Source: an uncultured Bacteroidales bacterium (GTDB lineage: Bacteria > Bacteroidota > Bacteroidia > Bacteroidales > Bacteroidaceae). From it: a stretch of DNA of 64,000 nt. Below, one piece after another: positions 9,873-20,811 of the stretch (its first letter is position 1; each line of letters opens with the position of its first letter). Position numbers and translations under genes: made by a program. The DNA lies in the NCBI GenBank assembly GCA_902801425.1, contig CADCIQ010000002.1, positions 16,504 through 80,503 on the forward strand, written 5' to 3'. Below the pieces are notes generated by a model. The model made no database searches. It saw only the letters and a program-made list of their open reading frames with translations, and was not told the DNA's origin.

Positions 9873-10748
9873 TTACTTTATTTCGAGTTTGTCCGAGCCG
9901 GCAGCCTTGAAGCTCATGTCAAGTCCCTTAACGCTATGTGTGAGAGCACCGAATGAAATAAAGTCAACACCAGCCTTAGCGTATGGAATCATTGTGTCGA
10001 ATGTGATGCCGCCAGATGATTCTGTCTCACAACGACCAGCCACAAGTTCAACAGCCTTCTTGGTGTCCTCTGGAGTGAAGTTATCAAACATAATACGGTC
10101 ACAACCCTCTGCAAGAGCTTCGTCAAGCTCCTTCCAGTTGCGCACCTCACACTCAATCTTCAAGTCCTTGCCGTGATCCTTGCAATACTGCTTTGCACGA
10201 GAAATGGCATTGTGAACGCCACCACAGAAATCGATGTGGTTATCCTTGAGCAGAATCATGTCAAAAAGGCCAATACGATGGTTCATACCGCCACCTATCT
10301 TGACAGCCTCCTTCTCAAGCATACGCATACCAGGAGTTGTCTTGCGAGTATCGAGAACGCGAGTCTTGGTGCCAGCGTCGATAAGAGCTTGCTGATACTT
10401 GTGGGTCATTGTTGCAATACCACTCATACGCTGCATGATGTTCAGCATGAGACGCTCTGTCTGGAGCAAGCTCTGTGTCTTACCCTTCACGCTCATCACA
10501 ATATCACCCGGCTTAACCTCTGCACCATCATTGATATAAACCTCAACCTCAAGCGTTGGGTCAAAACGATGGAAAACAACCTTTGCCACCTCAACACCTG
10601 CAATGATACCCGGCTGCTTAACAAGGAGCTTGCTCTCGCCCATCAAATCAGCAGGAATACAACACAAGGTGGTATGATCACCATCACCGATATCCTCCGC
10701 AAAACTCAAGTCAATGAGTCGGTCGGTCAATTCTTCTACACTTAACAT
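9873..10748 (-). CDS. nadC: Quinolinate phosphoribosyltransferase
   Basis: EDIGDGDHTT, LDTRKTTPG, NHRIGLFD, KDNH motifs. Confidence 0.97.
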   Translation of the reverse strand: MLSVEELTDRLIDLSFAEDIGDGDHTTLCCIPADLMGESKLLVKQPGIIAGVEVAKVVFHRFDPTLEVEVYINDGAEVKPGDIVMSVKGKTQSLLQTERLMLNIMQRMSGIATMTHKYQQALIDAGTKTRVLDTRKTTPGMRMLEKEAVKIGGGMNHRIGLFDMILLKDNHIDFCGGVHNAISRAKQYCKDHGKDLKIECEVRNWKELDEALAEGCDRIMFDNFTPEDTKKAVELVAGRCETESSGGITFDTMIPYAKAGVDFISFGALTHSVKGLDMSFKAAGSDKLEIK

Positions 10749-10842
10749 CGATTCTATTTACTATTTAACTATTTACAATTTACTATTTTTACCTCTCCTC
10801 TCTTCACACTTTACTCTTTCTTCTATCTACTTTACTCTTTCC

Positions 10843-11322
10843 TTAGAAATACACTCCAAGAGAAACCTTCAAGCCAACCGTAGAGTAGTCAGAATGCTTT
10901 CTGAAGCTCTGGTCATAATATACAGAAGGCTCGATAGTTAGTTTATCGTTGAGGAAGAAGCAATAGCCAGCCTCAATACCCGGCATAATGTCATTATGCC
11001 CCTTTGAAAGAAGCAACTTGGCATTTACACCGAGGAAAAGACCGTTATCCTCAACATAGTAACGACCACCTACTCCACCTGTGATGACTGCACGATGCCC
11101 CTTGCCCAGATGAGACACGCCAGCCTGAACATCAACGAGCCAGTTGTCCTCAATGAAGTAACCAGCCATTGCGCCAAAGTTGAACTTGCCCTCTTCTGTT
11201 CCGTTATAACTGAGGTCGAGACCAGAAAGCGAAGCATTCACATAAGTCGTACCAGCCTCAAACTGTGCCTTTGCCACCATTGTCATGGTGAGCATAGTGA
11301 TCATGATAAGAATCTTTTTCAT
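10843..11322 (-). CDS. Small outer-membrane beta-barrel protein
   Basis: Signal peptide, amphipathic strands, GGRYY, C-terminal LGVYF. Confidence 0.75.
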   Translation of the reverse strand: MKKILIMITMLTMTMVAKAQFEAGTTYVNASLSGLDLSYNGTEEGKFNFGAMAGYFIEDNWLVDVQAGVSHLGKGHRAVITGGVGGRYYVEDNGLFLGVNAKLLLSKGHNDIMPGIEAGYCFFLNDKLTIEPSVYYDQSFRKHSDYSTVGLKVSLGVYF

Positions 11323-11362
11323 TGTCTATCCTTTTTATAGGTTTATGTTAAGTATCAAACAA

Positions 11363-12841
11363 TTATTCCTCTACGTTTTCTGCACCCTTCAGACTGACTT
11401 TCCACTTGAGGAATACGCCAAGCAATACGACACAGACAACAGCTGCTACGCTGAAGCCTACCTCTGGCGCAAGTCCGAATGCAGTCTTGCTAATCATTAT
11501 GAATGATGTACAGACAGCGGTCATGAACAATGCAGGGATGAGAGTAACCCAGAAATATGCAGGACGGTTCTTTGCAAGATAAACCGTCAACGTCCAGAGG
11601 GTAAAGACGGAGAGAGCCTGATTTGCCCACCCGAAATAGCCCCAAAGCACGTTGAATCCGCTCACGTTCTCCATCTGCCAGATGAGCAAGCCCATTGTAG
11701 CGAGGAAGAGAGGGATACTGATGCTCAGACGCTTTGCTATGCTCTTCTGCTCCATGTGAAGCCAATCGGCAATGATAAGACGAGCACTACGAAGAGCAGT
11801 ATCACCACTTGTGATTGGCGCAGCAACGACACCAAGCATTGCGAGAATACCACCAAATACACCGAGCCAGTCGTTACAGATAAGGTTCACCACTACAGGA
11901 GCACCTGTTGCGTAGCCATCCTTGACACCCTCCATAACCTCATAGCCAGGAGCAGGATTTCCATAGAAGAAATATGAAGCTACCGTTGCCCAGATAAGAG
12001 CAACGATGCCCTCTGTAATCATTGAACCATAGAAGATAGGACGACCCAGATGCTCGTTCTTCATACAACGTGCCATAAGAGGACTCTGTGTAGCGTGGAA
12101 GCCACTAATTGCACCACAGGCGATGGTGATGAAGAGTGCCGGGAAGAGATCATCTGTAAATGTCTCTGGATGTGTAAGTTTACCAAGGCTCACGATGCCA
12201 GTATCCCAAAGCTCAGGAAGGTCATACCATCTGATGAAGAGCACCACCATCAAGGCTGCAGCCATGAAGAGAAGTGAGAATGCAAAGATTGGATAAATCT
12301 TACCGATAATCTTATCTACAGGCATCATGGTTGCTATGATGTAATATGCGAAGATAAGCACAATCCACAGCATTCCATTGTCAAACATGCTTGTGAGAAT
12401 ATCAGCAGGGCTCTTCACAAACACAGCACCTACAAGAACGAGAAGCAGGACGGTAAAGACGAGCATTACGTTCTTTACGCCATTGCCAAGATACTTGCCG
12501 ACAAGTTCTGGAAGTCCAGCACCGTTATTGCGCATACTGAGCATACCGCTGAGATAGTCGTGGGTGGCACCTGCAAAGATACACCCGAATACAATCCAAA
12601 GGTAAGCAGCAGGACCGAACTTTGCCCCCATAATAGCACCGAAGATAGGACCAGTGCCGGCAATGTTCAGAAACTGAATCATGAAAATCTTCCAAGAAGG
12701 AAGAAGAATGTAATCTACGCCATCGTTAATACGCAACGCTGGAGTAATACGATCGTCAGGTCCGAAGACCTTCTCAACAAATTTACCGTAAAACAGATAG
12801 CCGAGTATCAAGAGTACAAGGCTAATACAAAATGTTATCAT
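11363..12841 (-). CDS. cstA: Carbon starvation protein A family transporter
   Basis: QFLNIAGTGPIFG, ACGAISGFHATQSP, ITSGDTA motifs; multi-TM. Confidence 0.92.
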   Translation of the reverse strand: MITFCISLVLLILGYLFYGKFVEKVFGPDDRITPALRINDGVDYILLPSWKIFMIQFLNIAGTGPIFGAIMGAKFGPAAYLWIVFGCIFAGATHDYLSGMLSMRNNGAGLPELVGKYLGNGVKNVMLVFTVLLLVLVGAVFVKSPADILTSMFDNGMLWIVLIFAYYIIATMMPVDKIIGKIYPIFAFSLLFMAAALMVVLFIRWYDLPELWDTGIVSLGKLTHPETFTDDLFPALFITIACGAISGFHATQSPLMARCMKNEHLGRPIFYGSMITEGIVALIWATVASYFFYGNPAPGYEVMEGVKDGYATGAPVVVNLICNDWLGVFGGILAMLGVVAAPITSGDTALRSARLIIADWLHMEQKSIAKRLSISIPLFLATMGLLIWQMENVSGFNVLWGYFGWANQALSVFTLWTLTVYLAKNRPAYFWVTLIPALFMTAVCTSFIMISKTAFGLAPEVGFSVAAVVCVVLLGVFLKWKVSLKGAENVEE

Positions 12842-12907
12842 TTTTCCAAATATTATAATATAATTTCTGAAATTCTTGACAAATTTTGTGCAAAGTTAAG
12901 AAAAACA

Positions 12908-12939
12908 TTTGGAAAAACAAACAAATAATGCTAACTTTG
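12908..12939 (+). promoter_or_regulatory. Bacteroidetes primary-sigma promoter
   Basis: TTTG - 20 nt - TAACTTTG just before ATG at 12948; divergent element at ~12890-12898 for cstA. Confidence 0.65.
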
Positions 12940-12947
12940 CACCCGAA

Positions 12948-14723
12948 ATGAAAAAAATAACTGTTTTTTTGGCATTTTTAGCCTTTTCTCTTGGCTATGC
13001 CAAGGCTCAGGCACGCTATTACAACGTGTCACCCGTCACGATACAATCGCCTGTTGACGTTCCTCTGCATGAGGTTCGCGCAGTATGGCTCACTACCATA
13101 GGAGGTCTTGACTGGCCTCATTCCTACGCTCAGTCAGGTTCGGCTATCACACGCCAGCAGAATGAGCTACGCACCACTCTCGACCGCCTTCAAAAAGCTG
13201 GCATAAACCTCGTGTTCATACAAACCCGTGTGCGTGCTACTACTATATTCCCTTCAAACATGGAACCGTGGGATGGTTGTCTGTCTGGCAGACCTGGCAC
13301 ATCCCCTGGCTATGATGCCCTTGAGTTTGCCATCAACGAGTGCCATAAGCGTGGCATGCAACTCCACGCATGGGTAGTGACTATTCCTGTGGGGAAATGG
13401 AACGGTGCTGGTTGCAAGCATCTCCGTCAGACAGTCCCAAGCCTTCTCCGAAAGATTGGCGAAGACGGTTACATGAACCCAGAACTACCAGGAACTGCCG
13501 ATTATCTTGCACGTTTCTGTGGAGACCTGACACGCCGCTACGACATTGACGGCATTCATCTCGACTACATCCGTTACCCTGAGACCTGGGGCAAAATTGC
13601 TAACAGGAATCAAGGTCGCCAATATATCACGAACATTGTACGTGCCATTCATTCCGCTGTAAAGAGAGAGAAGAAGTGGGTAATGCTAAGTTGCTCTCCT
13701 ATTGGCAAATACGCTGACCTGCCAAGACAATGGGCACATGGCTGGAACGCTCGCGACATTGTTTGTCAGGATGCGGCACAATGGATGCAAACCGGACTTA
13801 TGGACGGAGTATTTCCAATGATGTATTTCCGCAACAACGACTTCTATCCATTCGCCATCGACTGGAAGGAGCGTAGCAACGGCCGCATAGTAGCTCCAGG
13901 ACTCGGAATCTACTTCCTCTCGCCAAAGGAGAAGAACTGGCCTCTAAGCGATATTTCACGCGAACTACACGTTCTTCGTCAGTATGGACTGGGACACACA
14001 TATTTCCGTTCCAAGTTCCTTACCGACAACACGAAAGGCATTTATGACTTTGCGGTCAACACCCTCTGTCCCTATCCTTCCCTTATCCCTGCACAGACTT
14101 GGTACGGCTTCAGAATCCCAGAAGCCCCACGTTCTATAAACGTAAACGAGGCAAAGGACTATCGTCCAACGGCTGTCCTTTCATGGGAGGCTGGACGAGA
14201 CAATTCTGACGGTCCTTACCTTACGTACAACGTATATTCTTCAACGCATTTCCCAGTAAATACTCGCGATGCACGAAACATCACCATTGTTGGCACACGC
14301 AACCTCTCTGCACTCGTGCCAAAGGGAATGTACTACGCCGTAACTGCCGTTGACCGCTACGGAAACGAATCAAAGCCTTGCCAGATTGACGGTGTTCACG
14401 AGTTCTATGACGCTCCTGTGGCAAGAACATCATCTGTCACTCCAAAAGCATCATCCAATGCCCAATTCAAGCAGATACCAAACTGCCCATTGCTTGAACG
14501 TAGCAACACATTAGAGCTTAAAGATATCTGCAATACTTTCGAAATATTCAGAAAAGAAGGTATTATCGTAATAGAGAATATTCAGGGCGAGGTTCTGTAT
14601 TCATACCCAATCGTCCGCACTATAAACATTTCAAAAATACCTAAAGGCGTCTATGTCGTGAGATTCGTTCACAAGAAGAAGAAAAAAGGCACCCACAGAC
14701 TTTGCTTCCTAAAAAAGGTGTAA
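12948..14723 (+). CDS. GHL10/YddW-like glycoside hydrolase with Fn3-like C-terminal region
   Basis: Signal peptide; EVRAVWLTTIGGLDWP, ECHKRGMQLHAW, YDIDGIHLDYIRYP; YYAVTAVDRYGNES. Confidence 0.85.
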   Translation: MKKITVFLAFLAFSLGYAKAQARYYNVSPVTIQSPVDVPLHEVRAVWLTTIGGLDWPHSYAQSGSAITRQQNELRTTLDRLQKAGINLVFIQTRVRATTIFPSNMEPWDGCLSGRPGTSPGYDALEFAINECHKRGMQLHAWVVTIPVGKWNGAGCKHLRQTVPSLLRKIGEDGYMNPELPGTADYLARFCGDLTRRYDIDGIHLDYIRYPETWGKIANRNQGRQYITNIVRAIHSAVKREKKWVMLSCSPIGKYADLPRQWAHGWNARDIVCQDAAQWMQTGLMDGVFPMMYFRNNDFYPFAIDWKERSNGRIVAPGLGIYFLSPKEKNWPLSDISRELHVLRQYGLGHTYFRSKFLTDNTKGIYDFAVNTLCPYPSLIPAQTWYGFRIPEAPRSINVNEAKDYRPTAVLSWEAGRDNSDGPYLTYNVYSSTHFPVNTRDARNITIVGTRNLSALVPKGMYYAVTAVDRYGNESKPCQIDGVHEFYDAPVARTSSVTPKASSNAQFKQIPNCPLLERSNTLELKDICNTFEIFRKEGIIVIENIQGEVLYSYPIVRTINISKIPKGVYVVRFVHKKKKKGTHRLCFLKKV

Positions 14724-14749
14724 AAAACTACGTGAGCTCGAAGAGAAAA

Positions 14750-14841
14750 AAGGGAAGCGGATTTATTTGATTTACGCTGAAATAAATCGCATTAATATTA
14801 CTGCGCCAACTATTAGCTAAATCATAAATCCGTTTCCCTTA
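14750..14841. terminator. Long inverted repeat between convergent genes
   Basis: aagggaagcggatttat...ataaatccgtttccctt. Confidence 0.55.
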
Positions 14842-14895
14842 TTATTTTTACGATAAAAATACCAAGAAGTCTATTTTGATGAAAATTCAACCATT

Positions 14896-16089
14896 TTACA
14901 ACTTAAAATATTTGTCAATCGCTTCTTGCAGATTCTCCGTGTCACTAATCCTGCCGAGAATCGTGCCATCGGGAGAGACGAAGTAATAACCAAGGCTTTG
15001 ATTATCTTTGCTGGATCTATATCTCTGCATAATTTCATCACAGCCCTTTTTGTCATTCCATTCATTCCAAGGGTCTCTTCCGTACTTATTCGGATCTTTA
15101 CACTCTATATTCCAGAAATAAAGATCATCACAATTAACCATCAGAATATCCACCTTATCTGAATGTTTCTTGTAGAGATTGTTAAGAGTCTCTATCGGGC
15201 GATGCTCCATACATCCTTTGCATGTTCTTGAATTGAACTCAAGCAAAAGATACTTGCCATTTCCGTTGAACTCCGTCAGATGATGCTCTTTGTCCTGATG
15301 GTCATAGAGAACGAAATCTGTCATTTTCTCGCCAACTGAGATAGGTGAGTATTGAGGGTATAAAAAATGTTTGATTTGACCAACAAATGTATATTGCATA
15401 TCAGGACTATCCGATGGTATCTTTTCTGCCAACAAACGTGCTTTATCCCTAATCTCTATATTACTATCCAGATAAGCAATAATTGCAATCCTATAAAGCG
15501 TTTTTACAAAAACAGGACTAAACTCTCTGTCTTGCATAAATTTAATCATACATTCAGCATACTGTTCATGAGCTTTTTTATAAGCCTTTTCCACCAAAGG
15601 GTACTCGTCATCATCAGGATCCATCCAGTCTTTTTTCTTTCTAATATCAAAGTAATCGGGAACATTATTATCAAGCCAAGCACGATATTTATTAGCTTCC
15701 TTCTGTATCGGATTATCATTTTCCACATGCCAAGCCTCAATATCCACACCCTTTCCATTGATAATAGTTGTCGTACCGGGAGTGGAATAAAAAACTAAAC
15801 CATGAACGAAATTCTCAAGACCCAGGGAATATTCTTCATTTTTATATTTCGGAGTAAAGGCTATTCTGAACTTTCCTCCTACTATAGTATCTTTTTTCTC
15901 CAAGCGAGCAGTTATATAAGGACCATTTTGGATATACAAACCAATGATTGTGCCATCAGGCACATTCTCCACCTTACCTTCAACAATTACCGGAGGCAGA
16001 GATTTGTTTTCCCCATTCTTTGATTCCTGCGCCCATACGCTGACAACAGCAAGTAGCATGAGCAATAATGAAATACCGCTTTTTCTCAT
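14896..16089 (-). CDS. Exported thioredoxin-like (TlpA/redoxin) protein with DUF4369-like N-terminus
   Basis: Signal peptide MRKSG...VWA; GEKMTDFVLYD...YLLLEF...CKGC; AT-rich. Confidence 0.7.
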   Translation of the reverse strand: MRKSGISLLLMLLAVVSVWAQESKNGENKSLPPVIVEGKVENVPDGTIIGLYIQNGPYITARLEKKDTIVGGKFRIAFTPKYKNEEYSLGLENFVHGLVFYSTPGTTTIINGKGVDIEAWHVENDNPIQKEANKYRAWLDNNVPDYFDIRKKKDWMDPDDDEYPLVEKAYKKAHEQYAECMIKFMQDREFSPVFVKTLYRIAIIAYLDSNIEIRDKARLLAEKIPSDSPDMQYTFVGQIKHFLYPQYSPISVGEKMTDFVLYDHQDKEHHLTEFNGNGKYLLLEFNSRTCKGCMEHRPIETLNNLYKKHSDKVDILMVNCDDLYFWNIECKDPNKYGRDPWNEWNDKKGCDEIMQRYRSSKDNQSLGYYFVSPDGTILGRISDTENLQEAIDKYFKL

Positions 16090-16424
16090 AAAATTAAGTC
16101 TTGGTTTAGCTATTATGTAATTGTTTGCAAAGATAAGTATTTTCCATGATACCACCAAACTTTTTCCTGTTTTCCTGTTTTTTTCTCAGTCTTTCCTTTC
16201 TATTAAATCCACAAAAACGGGTCGGTAACAGGTAACAACAATTCTGTTTCTGAAGTTTCGTAAGTTCAGAATTGCCAGGAAGGCAATACTATTAGTAACC
16301 CCGTACAACAATCACAAAATGCACACTATCCGTCAAAAGAACGTGAAAACTATCCCTAAGCCATCTCCAAGATCTATACAGGTTTCAATGAGATTGTGCG
16401 AGAACTTTCAACGCCATAAGATGT

Positions 16425-16571
16425 AGTTCCGTTGTAAATCCGTTGTACCTCCGTTGTAAATCCGATGTACTTCCCATCTTCCTTCGCTCTACAATAGGCG
16501 AATTAGCGAAGGATGAACGAAGGCAAAGCGAAGGATGAACGAAGGATAAACGAAGGCAGAGCGAAGGCACG
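16425..16571. repeat. Bipartite 11-bp tandem arrays (CCGTTGTAAAT x~4; CGAAGGATGAA x6)
   Basis: Directly visible 11-nt period; first array shared with 7810, 29538 and 43655. Confidence 0.8.
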
Positions 16572-16703
16572 ACAGCATTCCCCCCCCGCAATAACAAGTA
16601 ACAGGTAACAATAAGGATTTTTGTGTTAGCCTGCCTATAGGAAATAGATAGAGAATAACAAAGGAGACTCCTCCCTAAACTCTAAACACCAGACAGGAAT
16701 AGA

Positions 16704-19700
16704 CTACTTTGCAAGGAGAGTGAGCAAGAAGCGAGTATAGCCCTTATCCATTACCTCTGCCCTTATACCAATAGCAAAGGCATTAGTAGCAGTACCGTTC
16801 TCACGAAGTATCTGACGCATGATGAGATAATCGACATCGGAAGTGGCAAGAGAGAATAAAGCCTCAGCATCAGACTTCTGCATCCTCACATTATAGCAGT
16901 CAATGGCAAGTGTAATGTACTTTCTTTCTGGATTCGCACCACCAGTCAGAAGTACATCTGCGGAAGGGGTCTCACGGTTATTCTTACGCTTGAGAAGAAG
17001 CACAAGATAATCCATAAGTTGCTTGTTTGCAATAACATCCACCTTCTTCACATCATCAGCAAAATCAAGTTTGAGCTCCGTCACGGCAAACGGGAACATC
17101 GGATACGTTATCTCTGACGCATTACGTGTACATTGGGTGCAGAGCATAGAATAGAGATTACGATAATAGCCTACGGTCTCAGACAGTTCCTTTACGCCTT
17201 TCTCATCAAACTCCTCACTCGCCATTACCTTACTATTGTCCTGAGCAATGCGTGAAGGGAAGTACATCGTCTCGTGCTTCAACGCACTCAGGGTATTGTC
17301 GATGACATTGTTTGAGACATACAGACGATCACGCTCACGTTTCATCCTCGCAATCTCCTCTTCCTTCTCACGGCACGTTTGCTCAAGGTTTCGGCGATTG
17401 TGAAGCACCTCACGAACATAGAACCACCAGAACACAGCCACAAGTACGAGGAATAGCACGATAAGAACACATACCGCTATATTATTCGTGTTCTCTGTAC
17501 GCTCCATCGTTGCACAATATGTACTCAGCGTTGAGTCTTGCGAACATTCCTTGTAAAGCTTAGTATATGCGTTATTGTTGGCAGCGTATAATTCCCAGTC
17601 ATTAAGGGCAAGGGCAGATACGGCAACCTCATTACGCACATATATGATAATATCATAATCAGCCGGTATCTTCTTACTCCACCATCGCAACTCAGCCCCA
17701 TTATAGGCTATGGTCAGCGTATCATTCCTATTGACATTATCTAAAGAACGATAGCCTACATTGATACTTCTGAAACAAGAATCGGCAAAGGTGATGGCAT
17801 CAGAATAGCGTCCTTCTACATTTGCATTATACACTGAATCAGCCCATGCGGATTCTTTCGTGTTGAGCACAGAATGTTGGGCGTTAGCTTTTTCTGCAAA
17901 GCCAAATGTAGAAAGCAGGACAAAAAGCACAATCATTGTGGTACGAACTGCCATAGGCAGACGGAAGAATATACGTGTTCCCCTCCCCTTTTCACTCTCA
18001 GCCTTTATTTCACAACGAGAGAATAGTTCGCTGGTCTTGCAGTAACGATCCATGATACCACGACAGTTCATAAGACCAAAACCGTGACTCTTCTGCTCCG
18101 TGAGGTCTTCTTTCTGGTCAACGATTGTACCATAGTCAAAAAGATGGTCTGCCTGTTCCTGTGTCATTCCACTGCCAGAATCAGCAATCGACACTTCCGC
18201 ATAGCCCCCATAGCTTTCACATTTTGTAGCGGAAACAACGACCTCACCACCCTCAGGAGTGAACTTGCGTGCATTATCGACAATGGTGTTTATGAGGAAA
18301 AGAGTAAGTACCTTATCGGCTTTCACGCTTATATCTGTTTCTTGAACCGTAAGTTGTATTCCCTTATTGTTGAACGCCTTAACATTCATCCTAATGATAG
18401 AGAAAAGGGATTGCAAAGAGAATGTCTCAATATGGAGAGACACCTGTCCCTTACGCAACTGCACCCATGATGTGAGTCTGACATTGTTCTCAAGAATTGA
18501 CTTGCAGACATCCGATACATACTCAAGATTTCCGTTTCCTGCCTTTCTCGCTGTCTCCACGCTATGAAGCATACGGTCAATGAGCGGCATTATGTTCTCT
18601 GCGTATGTAACCTTCGCATGCTGTTCCACGTTGATACGAAGGGCATCCTCCGTCTGAAGCTGCAAAGCCTGAATATTCTCGTCAAGTTCCTCAAGTCGTT
18701 CGTTGTGCTTGTACTTATCCTTGTTCTTTCGATGATAATGGATAAGCATAGCCACTACGACTACGAGTACGGCAAGAACAATGACAATAGCCGTAATAAG
18801 CCACTGGGTACGCGACACGAGGACAGAAAGGGCCTCTGCACGAGCCTCAAGTTGCCGATCCTGACGCGTTGAATCCTGCATATCGAGATACTGGTTTCGG
18901 TAATAGTCGCTTGCCTGTTTCTCACCAAGAGCAGAATAAGCCATAGACATCTTCTCACTTATAGATGCCACAAGGTCAGGAGCCTGAAGGATGAGGGAAT
19001 TCTCAACGGCATTCAGCAGACAAGAAAGTTCAGCCTCATGATCACCTATCCTATGATAGCACGATGACAAAGTACGCCATCCACCGGCAATCTGATAAAT
19101 ATCTCCGTATCTAACGAAACATTGCAAGGAACGCTCTGCAAGATTACCAGAAAGCATTGAATCTGGCACAGCATCATCGTTGAGATAGCGGATGCAAGGG
19201 TCATCATCACGATGATAGGCAGCAAGTTCCTCTGGATTAGCAAGATGCTCGGAAAGCGACTGCAAAGAGTTTGCCTCCCAAAACAGATATCCATTGTGGC
19301 GGGCAAGCATATAGCACTGCATCAGACAGTCAAACTCCCTATGTGCTATTTCCGCAGCACTCCCATCACGCAATATTCCACCAGCTCCGATATTATACAG
19401 ATAGGCAAGGTATTGCGCAGTATCATTATTGAGTTGGATATCCTTGTCCCTGGCTATACTCAGCAATGCTTCTGATGACTCTATAGGAAGATTCACATAG
19501 TACAGATATGTGGAAAGCACTATACCATACTCACTTCTTGCATAGGTGTATTGTCTGCGCTTCCTTTGGGATTCATCCTCAATATCAGAGTGTATACTCG
19601 CCATGTATCTGTCTGCCTCATTCTTATGAACATAGAAATCCTTGTTCTGTGAACGGCGCTGACATAAACGCATACGCTGCACCTCTACACTGAGGCGAGT

Positions 19701-20003
19701 GATATCATCCTCGGCAAGAGAATCGGCATGCGAAAGGAGCGTATCACTCTTTATATAGTCCATACGCGTAATGGTGTAGAAAGCCTGATTGAGCAAAGCC
19801 TCCGACATTCCTGCCCTATATTCTATCTTCTCAGCCTCTTTATATGCTTTATTTGCATAAATGCGGGCAGAATCAACATTCTTATAGCGCATGTCATAAG
19901 AACGGTCATTGAGATTGTCAACATAATCCCTATCAGAGCTATCCGTAGAACAACTACAGACAAGGACAAATAAAAATACAGAGAAGAATAAATATTTACG
20001 CAT
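16704..20003 (-). CDS. Membrane sensor histidine kinase-like protein (DUF5112/DUF5113 type)
   Basis: Lipoprotein-like N-terminus, helical repeats, TM segments, GHKL motifs NARKFT/DSGSGM/GFGL, second module with LKHETMY; start moved to MRKYLFF. Confidence 0.75.
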   Translation of the reverse strand: MRKYLFFSVFLFVLVCSCSTDSSDRDYVDNLNDRSYDMRYKNVDSARIYANKAYKEAEKIEYRAGMSEALLNQAFYTITRMDYIKSDTLLSHADSLAEDDITRLSVEVQRMRLCQRRSQNKDFYVHKNEADRYMASIHSDIEDESQRKRRQYTYARSEYGIVLSTYLYYVNLPIESSEALLSIARDKDIQLNNDTAQYLAYLYNIGAGGILRDGSAAEIAHREFDCLMQCYMLARHNGYLFWEANSLQSLSEHLANPEELAAYHRDDDPCIRYLNDDAVPDSMLSGNLAERSLQCFVRYGDIYQIAGGWRTLSSCYHRIGDHEAELSCLLNAVENSLILQAPDLVASISEKMSMAYSALGEKQASDYYRNQYLDMQDSTRQDRQLEARAEALSVLVSRTQWLITAIVIVLAVLVVVVAMLIHYHRKNKDKYKHNERLEELDENIQALQLQTEDALRINVEQHAKVTYAENIMPLIDRMLHSVETARKAGNGNLEYVSDVCKSILENNVRLTSWVQLRKGQVSLHIETFSLQSLFSIIRMNVKAFNNKGIQLTVQETDISVKADKVLTLFLINTIVDNARKFTPEGGEVVVSATKCESYGGYAEVSIADSGSGMTQEQADHLFDYGTIVDQKEDLTEQKSHGFGLMNCRGIMDRYCKTSELFSRCEIKAESEKGRGTRIFFRLPMAVRTTMIVLFVLLSTFGFAEKANAQHSVLNTKESAWADSVYNANVEGRYSDAITFADSCFRSINVGYRSLDNVNRNDTLTIAYNGAELRWWSKKIPADYDIIIYVRNEVAVSALALNDWELYAANNNAYTKLYKECSQDSTLSTYCATMERTENTNNIAVCVLIVLFLVLVAVFWWFYVREVLHNRRNLEQTCREKEEEIARMKRERDRLYVSNNVIDNTLSALKHETMYFPSRIAQDNSKVMASEEFDEKGVKELSETVGYYRNLYSMLCTQCTRNASEITYPMFPFAVTELKLDFADDVKKVDVIANKQLMDYLVLLLKRKNNRETPSADVLLTGGANPERKYITLAIDCYNVRMQKSDAEALFSLATSDVDYLIMRQILRENGTATNAFAIGIRAEVMDKGYTRFLLTLLAK

Positions 20004-20140
20004 AGTTATTATTTGAGGAAGGCTGGAAAATCGGGAAATCTTGCAAAAACAGTCACCAGAAGAAAAAAACTGGAACTCCGAAAGCACAACGACTCCCCGA
20101 ATTCCAGTTTTATGGTTATTTAGTCAAAGACTATCCTAAA

Positions 20141-20809
20141 TTACTTGCGAGCACCAAGGCAGTAACCGAGAGCTTCCTTACACTTGTCTGTTACATACTG
20201 CCAATCGCCAGCTGCAACCTTATCCTTTGGGAAGAGCTTAGAACCCATACCAACGCAGAATACACCGGCAGCAAACCACTTTTCAAGGTTCTCCTTCTCA
20301 GGAGCAACACCACCAGTTACCATGATCTTTGACCAAGGCATTGGAGCCATAAGTCCCTTGATAAGGTTTGGACCTACAACATCACCAGGGAATACCTTTG
20401 TGAAGTCGCAACCAACTTCCTGTGCCTTACCTATCTCTGATGGTGTAAGACAACCAGGGCAATATGTCACGCAACGACGGTTGCAGACAATAGCAACATC
20501 AGGGTTGAAGAGAGGACCTACAACGAAGTTTGCACCCAACTGAATATACATAGCTGCTGTTGGAGCATCAACTACAGAACCGATACCGAGAGCCATTTCT
20601 GGGCACTCCTTTGCAACGAACTTAGAAAGCTCAGCAAAAACCTCCTGAGCAAAGTCACCACGGTTAGTGAACTCGAATGCACGAACGCCACCCTCGTAGC
20701 AAGCCTTAACAACATTCTTTGCAACTTCAACGTCCTTGTTATAGAAAACAGGAACCATAGGTGCTTCGGCGATCTTCGCCATCACCTGGAATTTATCAAA
20801 TTTAGCCAA
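20141..20809 (-). CDS. eda: KDPG/KHG aldolase
   Basis: FEFTNRG, GIGSV, KVFPG, MVTGGV, GMGSKL; TTG start. Confidence 0.93.
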   Translation of the reverse strand: MAKFDKFQVMAKIAEAPMVPVFYNKDVEVAKNVVKACYEGGVRAFEFTNRGDFAQEVFAELSKFVAKECPEMALGIGSVVDAPTAAMYIQLGANFVVGPLFNPDVAIVCNRRCVTYCPGCLTPSEIGKAQEVGCDFTKVFPGDVVGPNLIKGLMAPMPWSKIMVTGGVAPEKENLEKWFAAGVFCVGMGSKLFPKDKVAAGDWQYVTDKCKEALGYCLGARK

Positions 20810-20811
20810 AA

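Noticed and set aside
16425-16571. CRISPR array (also considered at 7810, 29538 and 43592)
   Set aside because: 11-bp units are contiguous with no unique spacers; no cas genes
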